Positions 39,590 to 50,770 of a stretch of 64,000 nucleotides of DNA are shown here, piece by piece. The DNA comes from Verrucomicrobiota bacterium. GTDB lineage: Bacteria; Verrucomicrobiota; Lentisphaeria; JABSQK01; JAJFLO01. Location: the NCBI GenBank assembly GCA_021772635.1, contig JAJFLP010000076.1:1654-65653 (forward strand), in the 5' to 3' direction. Made by a program: the position numbers and the translations under genes. The notes under the pieces are model-generated. The model ran no database searches. It was not told the origin of the DNA and saw nothing but the letters and a program-made list of their open reading frames with translations. The number at the start of each line of letters is the position of its first letter. Within the stretch, counting starts at the first letter, position 1.

Positions 39590-42500
39590 TTGGTAAACGA
39601 AACGTCCTCCACATTAGCCCAAGCTCTTCCTGAAAAAGGCGCACCTATCTCCTCCGATCACGCCAACCCATTTGACAAATTAACGTCGAACTGCAGCCTT
39701 TCGCCGAAGGAAACCCGCGCGTTGCAGAATGTTGAAATGGAGCCTTCTTCTGAATTACCCGACCCGGCACAATCCCTGACATCACTGTCCTTATTATTAC
39801 AAAACAACCTGGATCGAACGATCCGACGGACTTTATTTCGGCCTCAAATATTGCGGCAAATCCTGACCCTGTTTTCCTGGTCCCACAGCTTAAGCAGATT
39901 TCTCATCAAGTACCCGGGCACGATTCCTGAGGTATTCCCCGTCGTCAAGACGACACCGGAACAGCTGTTTCAGTACTTGATCGAACTCGAAACGGAAGCG
40001 ATGGAAGAGTGCCACAAGTCGTGGCTTCGGATAGCTAAAACCAAGGTATTTATCCGAATCGCAATCAGCGATTTCTTGGAACTCGACAGTTTCGAAGAGA
40101 CAACAAGAAAAATATCCCTGGTTGCCGACTTTTGTGTTCGGAAGGCGATCGAATTCAGCGGCCTCAGCGAGTTTCCCGTCTCCGTCGTTGCGATGGGAAA
40201 ATGGGGTGGTATGGAGCTCAATTACAGCTCGGATATCGACCTGCTCTTTATCGCGGATAATAGTCTTTCGCCGGTCGGATTGTACGAAGTTCATAATCAC
40301 GCTGTAAAAACAGTACAACTCCTCGATCAGGTAACCGAAGATGGACTGGTCTTTCGCATCGATAATCGTTTAAGGCCTGAAGGAGCAACCGGCACCCTCG
40401 TTAAGACGATACGACAATATCTCAAACACTATCATAATCATGCGCTGGGTTGGGAGTTCCAGGCACTGGTGAAGGCACGCTACGGTGGCGGTGTTGAAAG
40501 CATTACCGACGAATTTATTCGTGAGACGCGACCACTAGTTTACAACCCGTCTATTATGCCGGAGACACTTCTCCAGCAGGTACGCGAAATGAAGGGGAAG
40601 ATTGAAAAAGCATTGGTTGTCCACCATCAAAACGACGCGAACGTGAAACTCGGCGCCGGCGGGATTCGGGATATCGAGTTCATTATTCAATTTCTCCAGC
40701 TGCATCATGGCCGGGTAAATTCTAATCTGCACGAAGTAAATACGCTAAGGGCTATAGACCGGCTACGAATTCATCGAATTATCACCGTCGATGAAGAAAG
40801 TGTATTGCGGAATGAATATATATTCCTGCGGCAGTTAGAACATTATCTCCAAATTGAAAATCAGCTACCGGTCAGACAACTTCCTAAAGATGAAGAGCTC
40901 CTGAATATATTGGGCCGGAAAATGAATTTCAGTAACACCAACGCTCGTTCCACCGGCAGTGAACTGCTGGTGCACTATCAGGAGTCGATACGTAGGACCC
41001 GCCGGATCTTTCACGATTTCTTCGATATGACCATTGCGTTTCTAGAGAAAAAGGAACGTGTGCGCGCGCTTTGCCCGAATATCCCGAAATCAGTTCTTTC
41101 CCCACATTTTACGCGGCTGGAGAGTGACTACTTTCTGCGTTTCGAAGTCTGTGATATCGCTGAACATCTTCGAATGGCAAGCAATCTTTCGAATGAACGC
41201 GTATGCGAACTAGCGCGAAAACAGATTTCGAATGATAAATGGCTGGTGACAATTGTAGCCTTCGACTACATCGGCGAGTTCGCCAAGATCTGCGGACTCT
41301 TTTCCGTATATGGCTTGAGTATAATTAGCGGCGAATCATTTACTTACGATCTCGTTTCAGAACGGACCGCTAACCGTGCGAAGAAAGATGACACCTTTTA
41401 CCGCCGTCGAGCGAAACGGAATATACACCGAGTTGACGAACCCCATAAGGGTGCGTCCGAGGAACGTAAAATCGTATGCGTCGCGGCCGTTCGCTCGGAA
41501 TTTATGTCCAACGGGTTGACGATCCCGTGGGACGAATTCCGGGACGAACTGGAGGCACTCCTTCAGCTGCTGCGAGCTGATAAGTTCCAGGAGGCGAGTG
41601 AACGGATCAATCTTCGCGTCGTCGGATCGTTGACGGACAAAGATAAAATCGGCGACGAATTCCGGGCGCTCCCGCCAATCGAGTTTGAAATCGATAACGA
41701 TTCCGACAATCGCTACACCATCCTGGAGATAAAGAGCCTTGACCGATTCATGTTCTTATTCGAATTCGCTAACGTCCTGGCGACCAGAAATTATTATATC
41801 GGTAAAGTAGAAATCAGCACCGTGGGAAACAAGGTCTGCGACCGACTGTTCATCACCAGCAAACACGGAAAGAAAGTTGTGTCGACAAATGCGCTGCGGA
41901 ATCTCACTGTCACGATAACCTTGATAAAACAATTCGCCACGTTCCTTCCATACGCGCCGAACCCTCAGTTGGCGCTCAAGCAATTCGGCGACTTCGTCGA
42001 CTCGGTTCTGGACGCAAAGCAGCAAGGCGTTATCCCGATTATAGATCAGCAGAATACCCTGAAAACTTTCGCACGCGTTCTGGGAACAAGCTCCTTTCTA
42101 TGGGAGGACTTTCTCAGGATGCAACACCAGAATCTGCTGCCGATATTGATGGATTCTCGAAAATTAAACCGGTCTCCGAGCCTCGCAGCACTAACCAGGC
42201 GCCTGAGGCAGCATCTCTCACGATACGATAATTTCGCAGATAGAGTTGACTGCCTGAATCGGTTTAAAGATCGCGAAATGTTCCGAATCGATCTTCGACA
42301 TTTAACCCGGCAAGTACAGCGGTTCTCCGAATTTTGCCGGCATTTATCCGATCTCGCTGACGCCGTGCTAATAGAGGCATATCGGTTGGCGATCGAATTC
42401 GCGAAAACGAAGTATAATCGAAAAGCGCCTGGGACTTCGTGTATTTGCGCACTTGGTAAATGGGGCGGGCGGGAACTGGGGTACGCCTCGGATATTGAAC

Positions 42501-43285
42501 TCCTCTTTATCTGGCACACTTCAACTGACCAATATCATGCGGCTGTTGAATATTACGAAGTTATTGCGCAAAAGTTAATGAGCATAATAAAGAGTCGCAG
42601 GGATGGCATTTTCGAGTTGGACTTTCGCCTCAGACCGGGCGGCAAGAACGCTAATCTTGCAACTCCACTCAACCGCTATAGATCGTACTTTTCGGAATCC
42701 GGCGAGGCGGATCCTTATGAGCGCCAGGCCCTTATTCGACTTAGAACAGTGTCCGGAAGTCGCATCTTAAGGACGGCTATCGAGGACCATAGGGTTCAAT
42801 ATGTTTTCGGTTCGGGGACTTTCGACGTAGAGCGCATCAAACATCTTCGGCAACGGCAAGCCCGGGAACTGGTTGAACCCGGCGCGATTAACGCAAAATA
42901 TAGTCGCGGGGGACTTGTTGACGCAGAATATTTTATACAGGTGCTGCAAATCCGATCTGGCGCCGGCAATCCCGCATCGCAGGCAACGAATACCATTGAT
43001 GCCGCAATCAGTCTCAGAGATAGCGGTGTGATTTCCGCAGAAACGTACGAACGATTTAGTGAGGGGTATCGGTTCCTTCGGGCTCTCATTAACGGTCTGC
43101 GAATCGTGCGCGGCAATGCCCGTGATCTCGTAATACCACCGCCTGAATCGCCGGAGTTCCAGTACCTTGTGCGGCGACTTGATAATTTTGAGTATCGGCC
43201 AACAACCGGTGAACCGTGGGAGTATATTTGTGCTCAAATGCGATCTGTTGAAACCCTATTCGCCGGAATCGATGAGACGGGATAA
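39590..43285 (+). CDS. glnE: GlnE-family glutamine synthetase adenylyltransferase with internal GlnD-type ACT domains
   Basis: Two NT motifs (GKWGGMELNYSSDID; GKWGGRELGYASDIE), RLRPEG/RLRPGG, GGIRDIEF; two ACT-like segments between them; start uncertain. Confidence 0.8.
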   Translation: MVNETSSTLAQALPEKGAPISSDHANPFDKLTSNCSLSPKETRALQNVEMEPSSELPDPAQSLTSLSLLLQNNLDRTIRRTLFRPQILRQILTLFSWSHSLSRFLIKYPGTIPEVFPVVKTTPEQLFQYLIELETEAMEECHKSWLRIAKTKVFIRIAISDFLELDSFEETTRKISLVADFCVRKAIEFSGLSEFPVSVVAMGKWGGMELNYSSDIDLLFIADNSLSPVGLYEVHNHAVKTVQLLDQVTEDGLVFRIDNRLRPEGATGTLVKTIRQYLKHYHNHALGWEFQALVKARYGGGVESITDEFIRETRPLVYNPSIMPETLLQQVREMKGKIEKALVVHHQNDANVKLGAGGIRDIEFIIQFLQLHHGRVNSNLHEVNTLRAIDRLRIHRIITVDEESVLRNEYIFLRQLEHYLQIENQLPVRQLPKDEELLNILGRKMNFSNTNARSTGSELLVHYQESIRRTRRIFHDFFDMTIAFLEKKERVRALCPNIPKSVLSPHFTRLESDYFLRFEVCDIAEHLRMASNLSNERVCELARKQISNDKWLVTIVAFDYIGEFAKICGLFSVYGLSIISGESFTYDLVSERTANRAKKDDTFYRRRAKRNIHRVDEPHKGASEERKIVCVAAVRSEFMSNGLTIPWDEFRDELEALLQLLRADKFQEASERINLRVVGSLTDKDKIGDEFRALPPIEFEIDNDSDNRYTILEIKSLDRFMFLFEFANVLATRNYYIGKVEISTVGNKVCDRLFITSKHGKKVVSTNALRNLTVTITLIKQFATFLPYAPNPQLALKQFGDFVDSVLDAKQQGVIPIIDQQNTLKTFARVLGTSSFLWEDFLRMQHQNLLPILMDSRKLNRSPSLAALTRRLRQHLSRYDNFADRVDCLNRFKDREMFRIDLRHLTRQVQRFSEFCRHLSDLADAVLIEAYRLAIEFAKTKYNRKAPGTSCICALGKWGGRELGYASDIELLFIWHTSTDQYHAAVEYYEVIAQKLMSIIKSRRDGIFELDFRLRPGGKNANLATPLNRYRSYFSESGEADPYERQALIRLRTVSGSRILRTAIEDHRVQYVFGSGTFDVERIKHLRQRQARELVEPGAINAKYSRGGLVDAEYFIQVLQIRSGAGNPASQATNTIDAAISLRDSGVISAETYERFSEGYRFLRALINGLRIVRGNARDLVIPPPESPEFQYLVRRLDNFEYRPTTGEPWEYICAQMRSVETLFAGIDETG

Positions 43286-43713
43286 CGACTTAGGTTCACG
43301 GTTCAACGGTTCACCATTAGGGCTAAAAAAGACTCCTCCCCAGATTGGTAGATGTATACCGCAAGTAGTACAATTTTGGGTCCGTATGGACGGACTCTCC
43401 GCATAAGCGGAGTCGCGGCTATCCGGACCGCTCATACGGTCCGGACGAGCGGACTCCGAGAATACGGAGAGACGACTTCAAAATGGTTGAGTAAGAGACT
43501 CCGAACGATTTTTCAAAAACTCCGCGATTGTTGGTATATTTCCCACACGCTTCGGTGTCAAAAGATAAGAGTAACCGTTCATGGGGTTCAGGAGTTGGCT
43601 ATCTCCGCGTAAGCGAGACGTCCATACGGACCGCACAAGCGAAAACTTGAACTTTGGGTTTAGGATCGTCTTTTTGGAATTTAGACTCTGAACCTCTGAA
43701 CGTCGAACCGACA

Positions 43714-44355
43714 ATGAAATTGTTTAAGAAAATCAAAACCATCCCGCGCCCATTGATCGCCTTAATCGCCTACGGCGTTCTTTTGCTCCGCTACACCCTT
43801 CGTTTGAAGATTACCGATTCGATCGGAATACTCGATGGAACGTGGTCCAAGCCGGGTATCGTGATAAGTTGGCATAATCGAATAGTATGCACGCCAACTA
43901 TATTCCCGTTACATGTACGCCGAAAAACAGTTCTTTTGAGCAGCCGCTCCCGAGACGGAGGTTATATCGCTTCTTTTCTAAAGGCGCTTAGTTATACAAC
44001 AGTCCGTGGCTCCAGCAGTAAAGGCGGACTGAGAGCGATTGTCGAATTGCGGAAGTATCTTGAAAATGGTTATTTCGCGGTCGTCATTCCGGATGGACCG
44101 CGCGGGCCTAAATACGAGGTCCACAAAGGTGTCCTCTGGCTAGCGCAAAAAACAAGCACACCAATTATACCGATGAGTCTGAATACTGATTCCCACTGGT
44201 CCCTGAAAACGTGGGATGAAACACAGATCCCAAAACCGTTCACCAAAGCGGAACTGGTTATCGGTGAACCGGTTTATATCAGTGCGGACTGCGATATAGA
44301 GGAAAAGGGCTCGGAGATCAAGGCAGAATTGATGAAGATCACGCGTTGGGACTGA
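43714..44355 (+). CDS. DUF374 / lysophospholipid acyltransferase family protein
   Basis: SWHNR, SRSRDG, VRGSSSKGG, PDGPRGP, WDETQIPKPF. Confidence 0.88.
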   Translation: MKLFKKIKTIPRPLIALIAYGVLLLRYTLRLKITDSIGILDGTWSKPGIVISWHNRIVCTPTIFPLHVRRKTVLLSSRSRDGGYIASFLKALSYTTVRGSSSKGGLRAIVELRKYLENGYFAVVIPDGPRGPKYEVHKGVLWLAQKTSTPIIPMSLNTDSHWSLKTWDETQIPKPFTKAELVIGEPVYISADCDIEEKGSEIKAELMKITRWD

Positions 44356-44939
44356 CCCGGAAAAGAATGCAAGGGGACGTTATGAATTTTCGATTTTTGA
44401 TTGCCGATTTTCGATTTGAGATACTGCCGCGATCTCTCCGCATAAGCGCGAGTCTCGGACATTCTGAATCGGGATTTGTCAACAAGCAGTACAATTTTTG
44501 GACGACTTTGAATTTAGACCATTGATCCTAAGTGATGATATACAGCCACCCCACAATGAAGGGACCGTCGGTTGAAAAAAATCGGTATCAAAAACGGGAT
44601 CGCTATCGTCCAATTACAGATCCCGACTTTGACAAAAAACTATCGGAGATTTTCGGGATCGAAGATGAACGCAATCCTTTGGGACAGCACATGGTCGAAG
44701 GCGTGTGCTTACGGCTTCTTGCCAGGCATACCTGCTTGGATTCACCCGGTAATTCTACGGGACAGCATTTGCGCCTGACGATAATAAAAAGGCAAAATGG
44801 GTGTTTTGGCAAGATCCAATCGCGAGGCTGAGGAGCTTGGAATTTTACCAGTTTTCGGCTTCTAAGGGATCACAGTGTTTATAATATTAATCGCGCGGGT
44901 TTTCAAATCGAAAATCCGCAATCGAAAATTGGCATTCCT

Positions 44940-45641
44940 ATGTGTGGACGTTTTAATGTTATAGATGATCCATTGACGATGGAACTGCTGGATGATTTGG
45001 GTGTTGAAATCGGCCCCGCTTCTCTACCGATCCTTAATACGGAACCAACCAGCACTGTCCCGATCGTCACTGGGAGCCGAGACATGCGTAGAATCGAATT
45101 CGCAGTTTGGTGGTTGTTATTGGAGGAAACCGTAGAAGGAGTCAGGCCGAATCAAAAATGGAGGACTTTCAACGCTGTTGCGAAAAGGCTGCCGGAAAGT
45201 CCGCTTTATCGCCGCCCGTTCCAATGCACACGATGTATTATACCGGCAAGTGGATATTATGAGTGGAAAACCGAAGGCGGACGTAAGACCCCGTACTACA
45301 TAAAACCGGTAAATCGTGCGATCGCCTTCGCGGGGCTATTTAAGCGATGGAACTACCACGACGTGACGACCTATTCGTGCTCACTGATAACGACGGCCGC
45401 ACATTCTAAATTGGAGCATATTCACGATAGAAGTCTGCCCGTCATGCTGGCGCCGGGTGATTACGATCGCTGGTTGGATCCGCACGATTCGAACATCGAT
45501 CAATTCCAGAAATTATTCGAGCCCAGACTCACTGTAGATTTTACTGCCACGCCCGTTAATAAATACGTAAATAACGCTCGGAATAAAGATTTGCGATGCA
45601 TGGAAGCCGTCGGCGAACCGGAGCTTATCCCCGCGGATTAA
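44940..45641 (+). CDS. SOS response-associated peptidase (SRAP/YedK)
   Basis: MCGRF, RCIIPASGYYEW, IHDR..P. Confidence 0.92.
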   Translation: MCGRFNVIDDPLTMELLDDLGVEIGPASLPILNTEPTSTVPIVTGSRDMRRIEFAVWWLLLEETVEGVRPNQKWRTFNAVAKRLPESPLYRRPFQCTRCIIPASGYYEWKTEGGRKTPYYIKPVNRAIAFAGLFKRWNYHDVTTYSCSLITTAAHSKLEHIHDRSLPVMLAPGDYDRWLDPHDSNIDQFQKLFEPRLTVDFTATPVNKYVNNARNKDLRCMEAVGEPELIPAD

Positions 45642-45842
45642 GGGCCCAATTAGTTTCTGAGTTCCGCTGGCGTTACTTTCCGTTGCACGTCGCGGAACTC
45701 GTATGCCGTCTTTATTTTGGACCATAGAATCGGCAAACGTCACCTATCACAATTGAAGGGATTGGGAGCTCGGGATTACAAGAACGGATGATGGCAACGC
45801 GAAATCCCCTATTTCACGGCAAGCCGGCAATATCGCCGTTCG

Positions 45843-48800
45843 CTACTGGATGGCGCCCTCCTTCTGCCGAAACAAATCACGGATCGCGCTAATTTCCTCC
45901 CACTTCGGATCCTCAAGTTTTCCGCTTAATCGACGCTCAAGGAGGATTGCGAACGGATCGATAGCGCGAGGTAATATCTTACCAAGTAACAGATTCAGGG
46001 GTTCCGCGGTTACTCGAAAATCAAGATTTCTTGTTTTCCACCAGTAATTGCCATTGGCAACTATTGCGATCAACGATCCGTTAGTCTTTAAATTCGGAAA
46101 ATACAGGCGATCCCCTGCGAATTCGATATCCGTGCGTAACTCAGTAATTTTACCGAGTCCTCCGCCTGGTATTACCTTGCCGAGAATTCCCGTACGGGTC
46201 ACCATAGTCATGAAGTCGGAAAACAACGGAACTCTCCAGAAGTCACCCTTCTCGATGAGTACTTTCCCCTTACCATTTAACTGGTAGTCACCAGTTACGT
46301 CCGCTATATTAAGATCCACCTTCGCACTGAACGATCCGGCCATTGCACCGTCGTCCATCGACTTCATCGCACGCGTCAGTTTCGTAAAGTCTGCCCCGAC
46401 GACGGTGAGCCACAGTTTCGCGGTATCTTCGGTGTGATCGTAGAAATACTCACCGGTGGCTCTTCCGCCGTGTAAACTTGCGGTAACCCTATTGACCGAG
46501 AGATCATTGTTCTTATAAATCACGGCTGCGGATAGATTCTCAAGGGGGTAATTGTAAAAGGGACATTGTTCGGCATCGACCGACGCTGCCCAGCGCCCGG
46601 AAGAATAGGTTCCGTTGATGACGGCGACCCGCAATTTGCACACTGGCGTACTGGCGGTTTCCCATATACTCTGGAATTCGTACCCACCTTTGTTTATACG
46701 CAGGTCGCCTTGAATGTTGCGGCCGCCGTACCCGTTTCCTAACGTTAACTTCCCAACATTGTAACTGCCCTCTGCAATTCCATCACGGAACCTGAGCGTA
46801 ACGCTCATATCATCTACGCTGCTATCATTACGGCTGATCGAATGGGTGAAAAACGTGGTATCAAGATCAGCGTCACCGTAATCACAATTCACCTGGATAT
46901 TCGGACTATAACTATCGGTGGGTAAGTGGCGTACCTCAGCAATATTCCCGGTCAATGACAAAAAACCGTCTCGAATAACACAGGCCCCGCGAATATCGGA
47001 GAATTGGTAGTCTTGCCCTTCTATGGAGCTATCGGTTCGTAATTCAGCGACAATCTGCTCGTCGAATACAGAGAATTCCACGGTCGCATCATTGGCCCCG
47101 AACTCAAGCAATTCCGCGGTCTTACCAGTCGCACGCGAGGTCAGTATTCCAGGCTTGTATATACTCGTCGCCTCGACATGGTTAAATCGGCCGTCCCCGA
47201 ATTTAACGAACTCTGAACTTGACGTGATATCGATGGCGTCTTTGGTACATAACGCATCGAAACTCGAAGTCCCCGCCGACACCCCAAATCCTGTCACAGT
47301 CCCGATTGTCCCAGTAACCGTCGCTCGCTCAGGTCCGATCTTCAGTTGGGGGATAATATCGATTGCCGTCCAATCGTCGAACTGTAATTGGGCAATCGTC
47401 CCGTCAATATAAATCTCGTCATGTCTAATGGTGATTGTAGAGTCGAAATTGTGTAAAGATGCATCCTTGTAAATCATCGACGAGCCGGTTGCAGTCACGT
47501 CTATCTTAGTCTTTCGACTGTCACTTAGATCAATGTGGCCAGTGGCAGTTGCCCGGGGATTCGCATCGAACGTTATCCCAACTCCTTCGAGAAAGTTGAT
47601 CCAGCTCCGATTAAACATCCCAAGAACCAACGGAGGATCAAGGGTACCCTCAAGGTCAAAGTCAACATAATCTTTCAGGCCATGCCATGCCAGATTCAAC
47701 CGTGCGCTTTCGCTCCCGCGTGTGACCTTGACGTTATCGATCAACATCAGCGCGGCGGGAAAATCGACGAGCACTGTCCCCTCGACACGATCGACCCGGA
47801 CGCCGTTGTATGTGACGTTCTGCATCGAACTGCGAACCTGAAGAACCAGTCCGGATCTCGGAAAATTTTCGTCTTTCTCAAGCACAACATCGAAATGGGG
47901 GGATCCGCCTTTTTCCCACTCGAAGTCTCGCCATACGCGAGTGTAATCATTTTTGAATTTCTCATCGGTACTGAACGAGCTTACGAAATGCGGCTCACCG
48001 TCAACCTCTGCCTCAAGGTAGATTCCGTTGTCATCAAGCGAATAAGTACCCGTCGCGTTGATCTGGATATCGGGGGCGACGACGACTTTACATTTCGTTA
48101 AATTTACGAGTCGGTTCTCGTAGTGCAACCGACCACTCAGGGCCTTGACTGTCGCGTCGGCGATATTCGTATCCGCCAGCGTCAAATCAACGTCCAAATT
48201 CCAATCAGAAGGGACATCGACGGCTGACGGATGCACCGTAATCTTTGCCGAGACGGGAATATGGGAGAAGTCAGGAAGGTCGATCGGAGGCGCGACGAGC
48301 AGGTCAGGGCTCAATGCTTTCAGTAGTTTCTCCGGATACCCGTAAAATTGGAGTTGACCAGAGATTTCGCGGTGCTCGACGTCGAGATTAAAGTTGCCGT
48401 TCAGATATTCACCGTTATCCATCTTAAGATTTAGCTCGGATAACCTTATTCTGTCTCCTTTGACATCGGCGATCAATAACAGAGTATCCAACTTAAGACC
48501 GCGATATAAGAAATTTGAAAAGAATATATTTGTCGTCAATCGACTTTTCGAAAAATCACCGACCCGCAAGTGCACGTCGAGGGAAACCGTTGCTTTAGAG
48601 AGATCCTCTGTCGATCGACAGAACTCCTGAAAGTTCGAGATCTGCTCTACTGCAGTCGAAGATAGCAAGCGAACCCATGGCAATATCGATAGCTTTAGTT
48701 CAAAGTCTTTATTTTTTAGCCGCAGTCGTCGAATTTCCTCGTCCGTCGGCTTTATAACGTCCCCCCCCAGATTCAGTTGAATTCCCTCGACTAGCCCACT

Positions 48801-49253
48801 AAAAGAGACTACATCAAGGTGCGCTCCGGCATCTCTTATCGCGAAAGAAAGGTTTGTTAGAACGATTTTCCGCAGTACTTCACCGCCTGACAATTCTAGC
48901 GGTAACGAAATGGTGCAACCGGAAACCTCGACCCGGGCTACGCGAATGGTACCTCTGAGTGAACTTTTCAAGTTGAATCTAATCTCCACCGTATCGGCGG
49001 TCAGAAGCGTCCAGGCGGGGAGTGAGTAGTCCCTTATGACCAAATTCTTTAGCACGACTCCACCAAATAGCCCCGCTTTAATTTCGTCAGCGTCGCCAAC
49101 AAGGCCTTTCACCTGAAGTTCATGCCAAAATTGTCGCTGCAATCCCTGAGGGAGACCACGATATTGCCAGTATAGAATCACAAGGCAAGCCGACAACGAA
49201 AGGAAAAAAATCGCAGATATTAGAACTAATACCGTTTTCTTTTTACGATTCAT
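45843..49253 (-). CDS. AsmA-like/TamB-like large envelope protein
   Basis: N-terminal TM anchor, long beta-rich body, C-terminal LSGKLEDPKW. Confidence 0.7.
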   Translation of the reverse strand: MNRKKKTVLVLISAIFFLSLSACLVILYWQYRGLPQGLQRQFWHELQVKGLVGDADEIKAGLFGGVVLKNLVIRDYSLPAWTLLTADTVEIRFNLKSSLRGTIRVARVEVSGCTISLPLELSGGEVLRKIVLTNLSFAIRDAGAHLDVVSFSGLVEGIQLNLGGDVIKPTDEEIRRLRLKNKDFELKLSILPWVRLLSSTAVEQISNFQEFCRSTEDLSKATVSLDVHLRVGDFSKSRLTTNIFFSNFLYRGLKLDTLLLIADVKGDRIRLSELNLKMDNGEYLNGNFNLDVEHREISGQLQFYGYPEKLLKALSPDLLVAPPIDLPDFSHIPVSAKITVHPSAVDVPSDWNLDVDLTLADTNIADATVKALSGRLHYENRLVNLTKCKVVVAPDIQINATGTYSLDDNGIYLEAEVDGEPHFVSSFSTDEKFKNDYTRVWRDFEWEKGGSPHFDVVLEKDENFPRSGLVLQVRSSMQNVTYNGVRVDRVEGTVLVDFPAALMLIDNVKVTRGSESARLNLAWHGLKDYVDFDLEGTLDPPLVLGMFNRSWINFLEGVGITFDANPRATATGHIDLSDSRKTKIDVTATGSSMIYKDASLHNFDSTITIRHDEIYIDGTIAQLQFDDWTAIDIIPQLKIGPERATVTGTIGTVTGFGVSAGTSSFDALCTKDAIDITSSSEFVKFGDGRFNHVEATSIYKPGILTSRATGKTAELLEFGANDATVEFSVFDEQIVAELRTDSSIEGQDYQFSDIRGACVIRDGFLSLTGNIAEVRHLPTDSYSPNIQVNCDYGDADLDTTFFTHSISRNDSSVDDMSVTLRFRDGIAEGSYNVGKLTLGNGYGGRNIQGDLRINKGGYEFQSIWETASTPVCKLRVAVINGTYSSGRWAASVDAEQCPFYNYPLENLSAAVIYKNNDLSVNRVTASLHGGRATGEYFYDHTEDTAKLWLTVVGADFTKLTRAMKSMDDGAMAGSFSAKVDLNIADVTGDYQLNGKGKVLIEKGDFWRVPLFSDFMTMVTRTGILGKVIPGGGLGKITELRTDIEFAGDRLYFPNLKTNGSLIAIVANGNYWWKTRNLDFRVTAEPLNLLLGKILPRAIDPFAILLERRLSGKLEDPKWEEISAIRDLFRQKEGAIQ

Positions 49254-49531
49254 ACGGGTATACTAAGGCGATAATCATAAGAGTTTCCCGTCAGCATAAT
49301 AAGATGGTTACCATTAATTTCGATTTCGTGACACGCCATGTTTTTCACCTTCATCTTCATGACTCTTCGTTTCGACTTTTATCCCTGTCTCAGGTCACTG
49401 TTGTCAGCTGCAATATTTCGGCGTGAACAAACCACTTGCATGAGCGAGTCCGAATACTGCCACCTTCAGAGTTTCTGTACTAGCATGTTAAAACCATTGT
49501 ATAAAATTTTTATATTCGAGTTTTCTATCAA

Positions 49532-50503
49532 ATGTATAACGTCCCACACGGAAAAAAAATCAGAATATACTTTTTGGGATCAGGGGAGATATCAATCCCC
49601 GTCTTGGCCGCGCTCGCGGCGGCGCCTGAAGTCGATCTCGTAGGGTGTGGAACCCAACCGGACCGACCGAGCGGACGAAAAAAAACTTTGTCACCTACCC
49701 CGATTGCGCAACACTGTCTTGATTTAGGTCTGCGCCCGGACAAGGTAGAGTCCGTTAATCGTGAGTCCTTCGTAGCTCGTTTGGAACAATACGACTTAGA
49801 CGCGGTTGTCGTCTTTTCGTTCGGCCAAATTCTGAAACAGCAGATCCTGAACCTTCCCCGATACGGGTGTGTCAACATCCACGCTTCGCTTCTCCCCGAA
49901 TTTCGCGGTGCATCGCCCATTTCAGCTGCGATTCTAAATGGTAATGCAACGACCGGTATCAGTTATATAAAAATGGATACCGGCCTTGATACCGGCGCCG
50001 TCTATAAGCAATTCCAGTACTCGATCTCAGGCAAAATGTACGCAGACGAATTGTCCAAAGGGCTAGCGCAACTCGCGGCCGATACCGTTTGCTCGACATT
50101 AGACGACATCGTGCATTCCAAGCTGAACCCGGTGCCGCAAAATCCAGCTGAATCGTCGTACGCCGCAAAAACGAAAAAGAGTGATGGTCTTATTTCATGG
50201 TCGAATGATGCATCATTCATTGAGAAACAAGTAAGAGCGTACGCCCCTTGGCCAGGCGCGTGGTTCTTACTTAATACCCCTCCGCGAAACAGAAGAATAA
50301 CCGTGACCGCCGCATCGGTTGCCTCGTCCCCACAGGACTCGGCAACACCCGGAACAATCGTAGAACTAAATAAGCACACTTGGAAAATTGCGTGTGCACG
50401 GGATGCGTTGAATATAGAGAATTTAATCCCAGAAGGAAAAAAAAAGATGGCAATCGCTGACTTTCTCAGAGGAAATCCATTGGAACTAGGAACGGTCGTT
50501 TAA
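49532..50503 (+). CDS. fmt: Methionyl-tRNA formyltransferase
   Basis: TQPDRPSGR, NIHASLLPEFRGASPI, MDTGLDTG, RAYAPWPGA. Confidence 0.95.
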   Translation: MYNVPHGKKIRIYFLGSGEISIPVLAALAAAPEVDLVGCGTQPDRPSGRKKTLSPTPIAQHCLDLGLRPDKVESVNRESFVARLEQYDLDAVVVFSFGQILKQQILNLPRYGCVNIHASLLPEFRGASPISAAILNGNATTGISYIKMDTGLDTGAVYKQFQYSISGKMYADELSKGLAQLAADTVCSTLDDIVHSKLNPVPQNPAESSYAAKTKKSDGLISWSNDASFIEKQVRAYAPWPGAWFLLNTPPRNRRITVTAASVASSPQDSATPGTIVELNKHTWKIACARDALNIENLIPEGKKKMAIADFLRGNPLELGTVV

Positions 50504-50770
50504 CAATGCGCCTCTTGCGAAACTCTACTTGGTCCGCGTTGCGAACGCATGAGCTGCAGTTTTGTTCGACGACCGGTTAAGTGCGTACCCGCAGCGGTAC
50601 GCACTCCCCGGCCTTCGAACAAAGATGCTGCTAATCCGTCACAACACTTTGGGCGTCACTCTCTGTTGGCCCACAGTCAACGTTGGGATGAAAGTACGAT
50701 GCGTTATGGCATCGCACAGAGCATCCCAAAGTCACCTGTGCGTCCAAAGATAATTTTACAAGAGGCTTAT

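Noticed and set aside
44532-44831. Short ORFs between the DUF374 and SRAP genes
   Set aside because: No recognisable motif; they overlap low-complexity gggatcg/gatcccg repeats also seen near 18030-18090.
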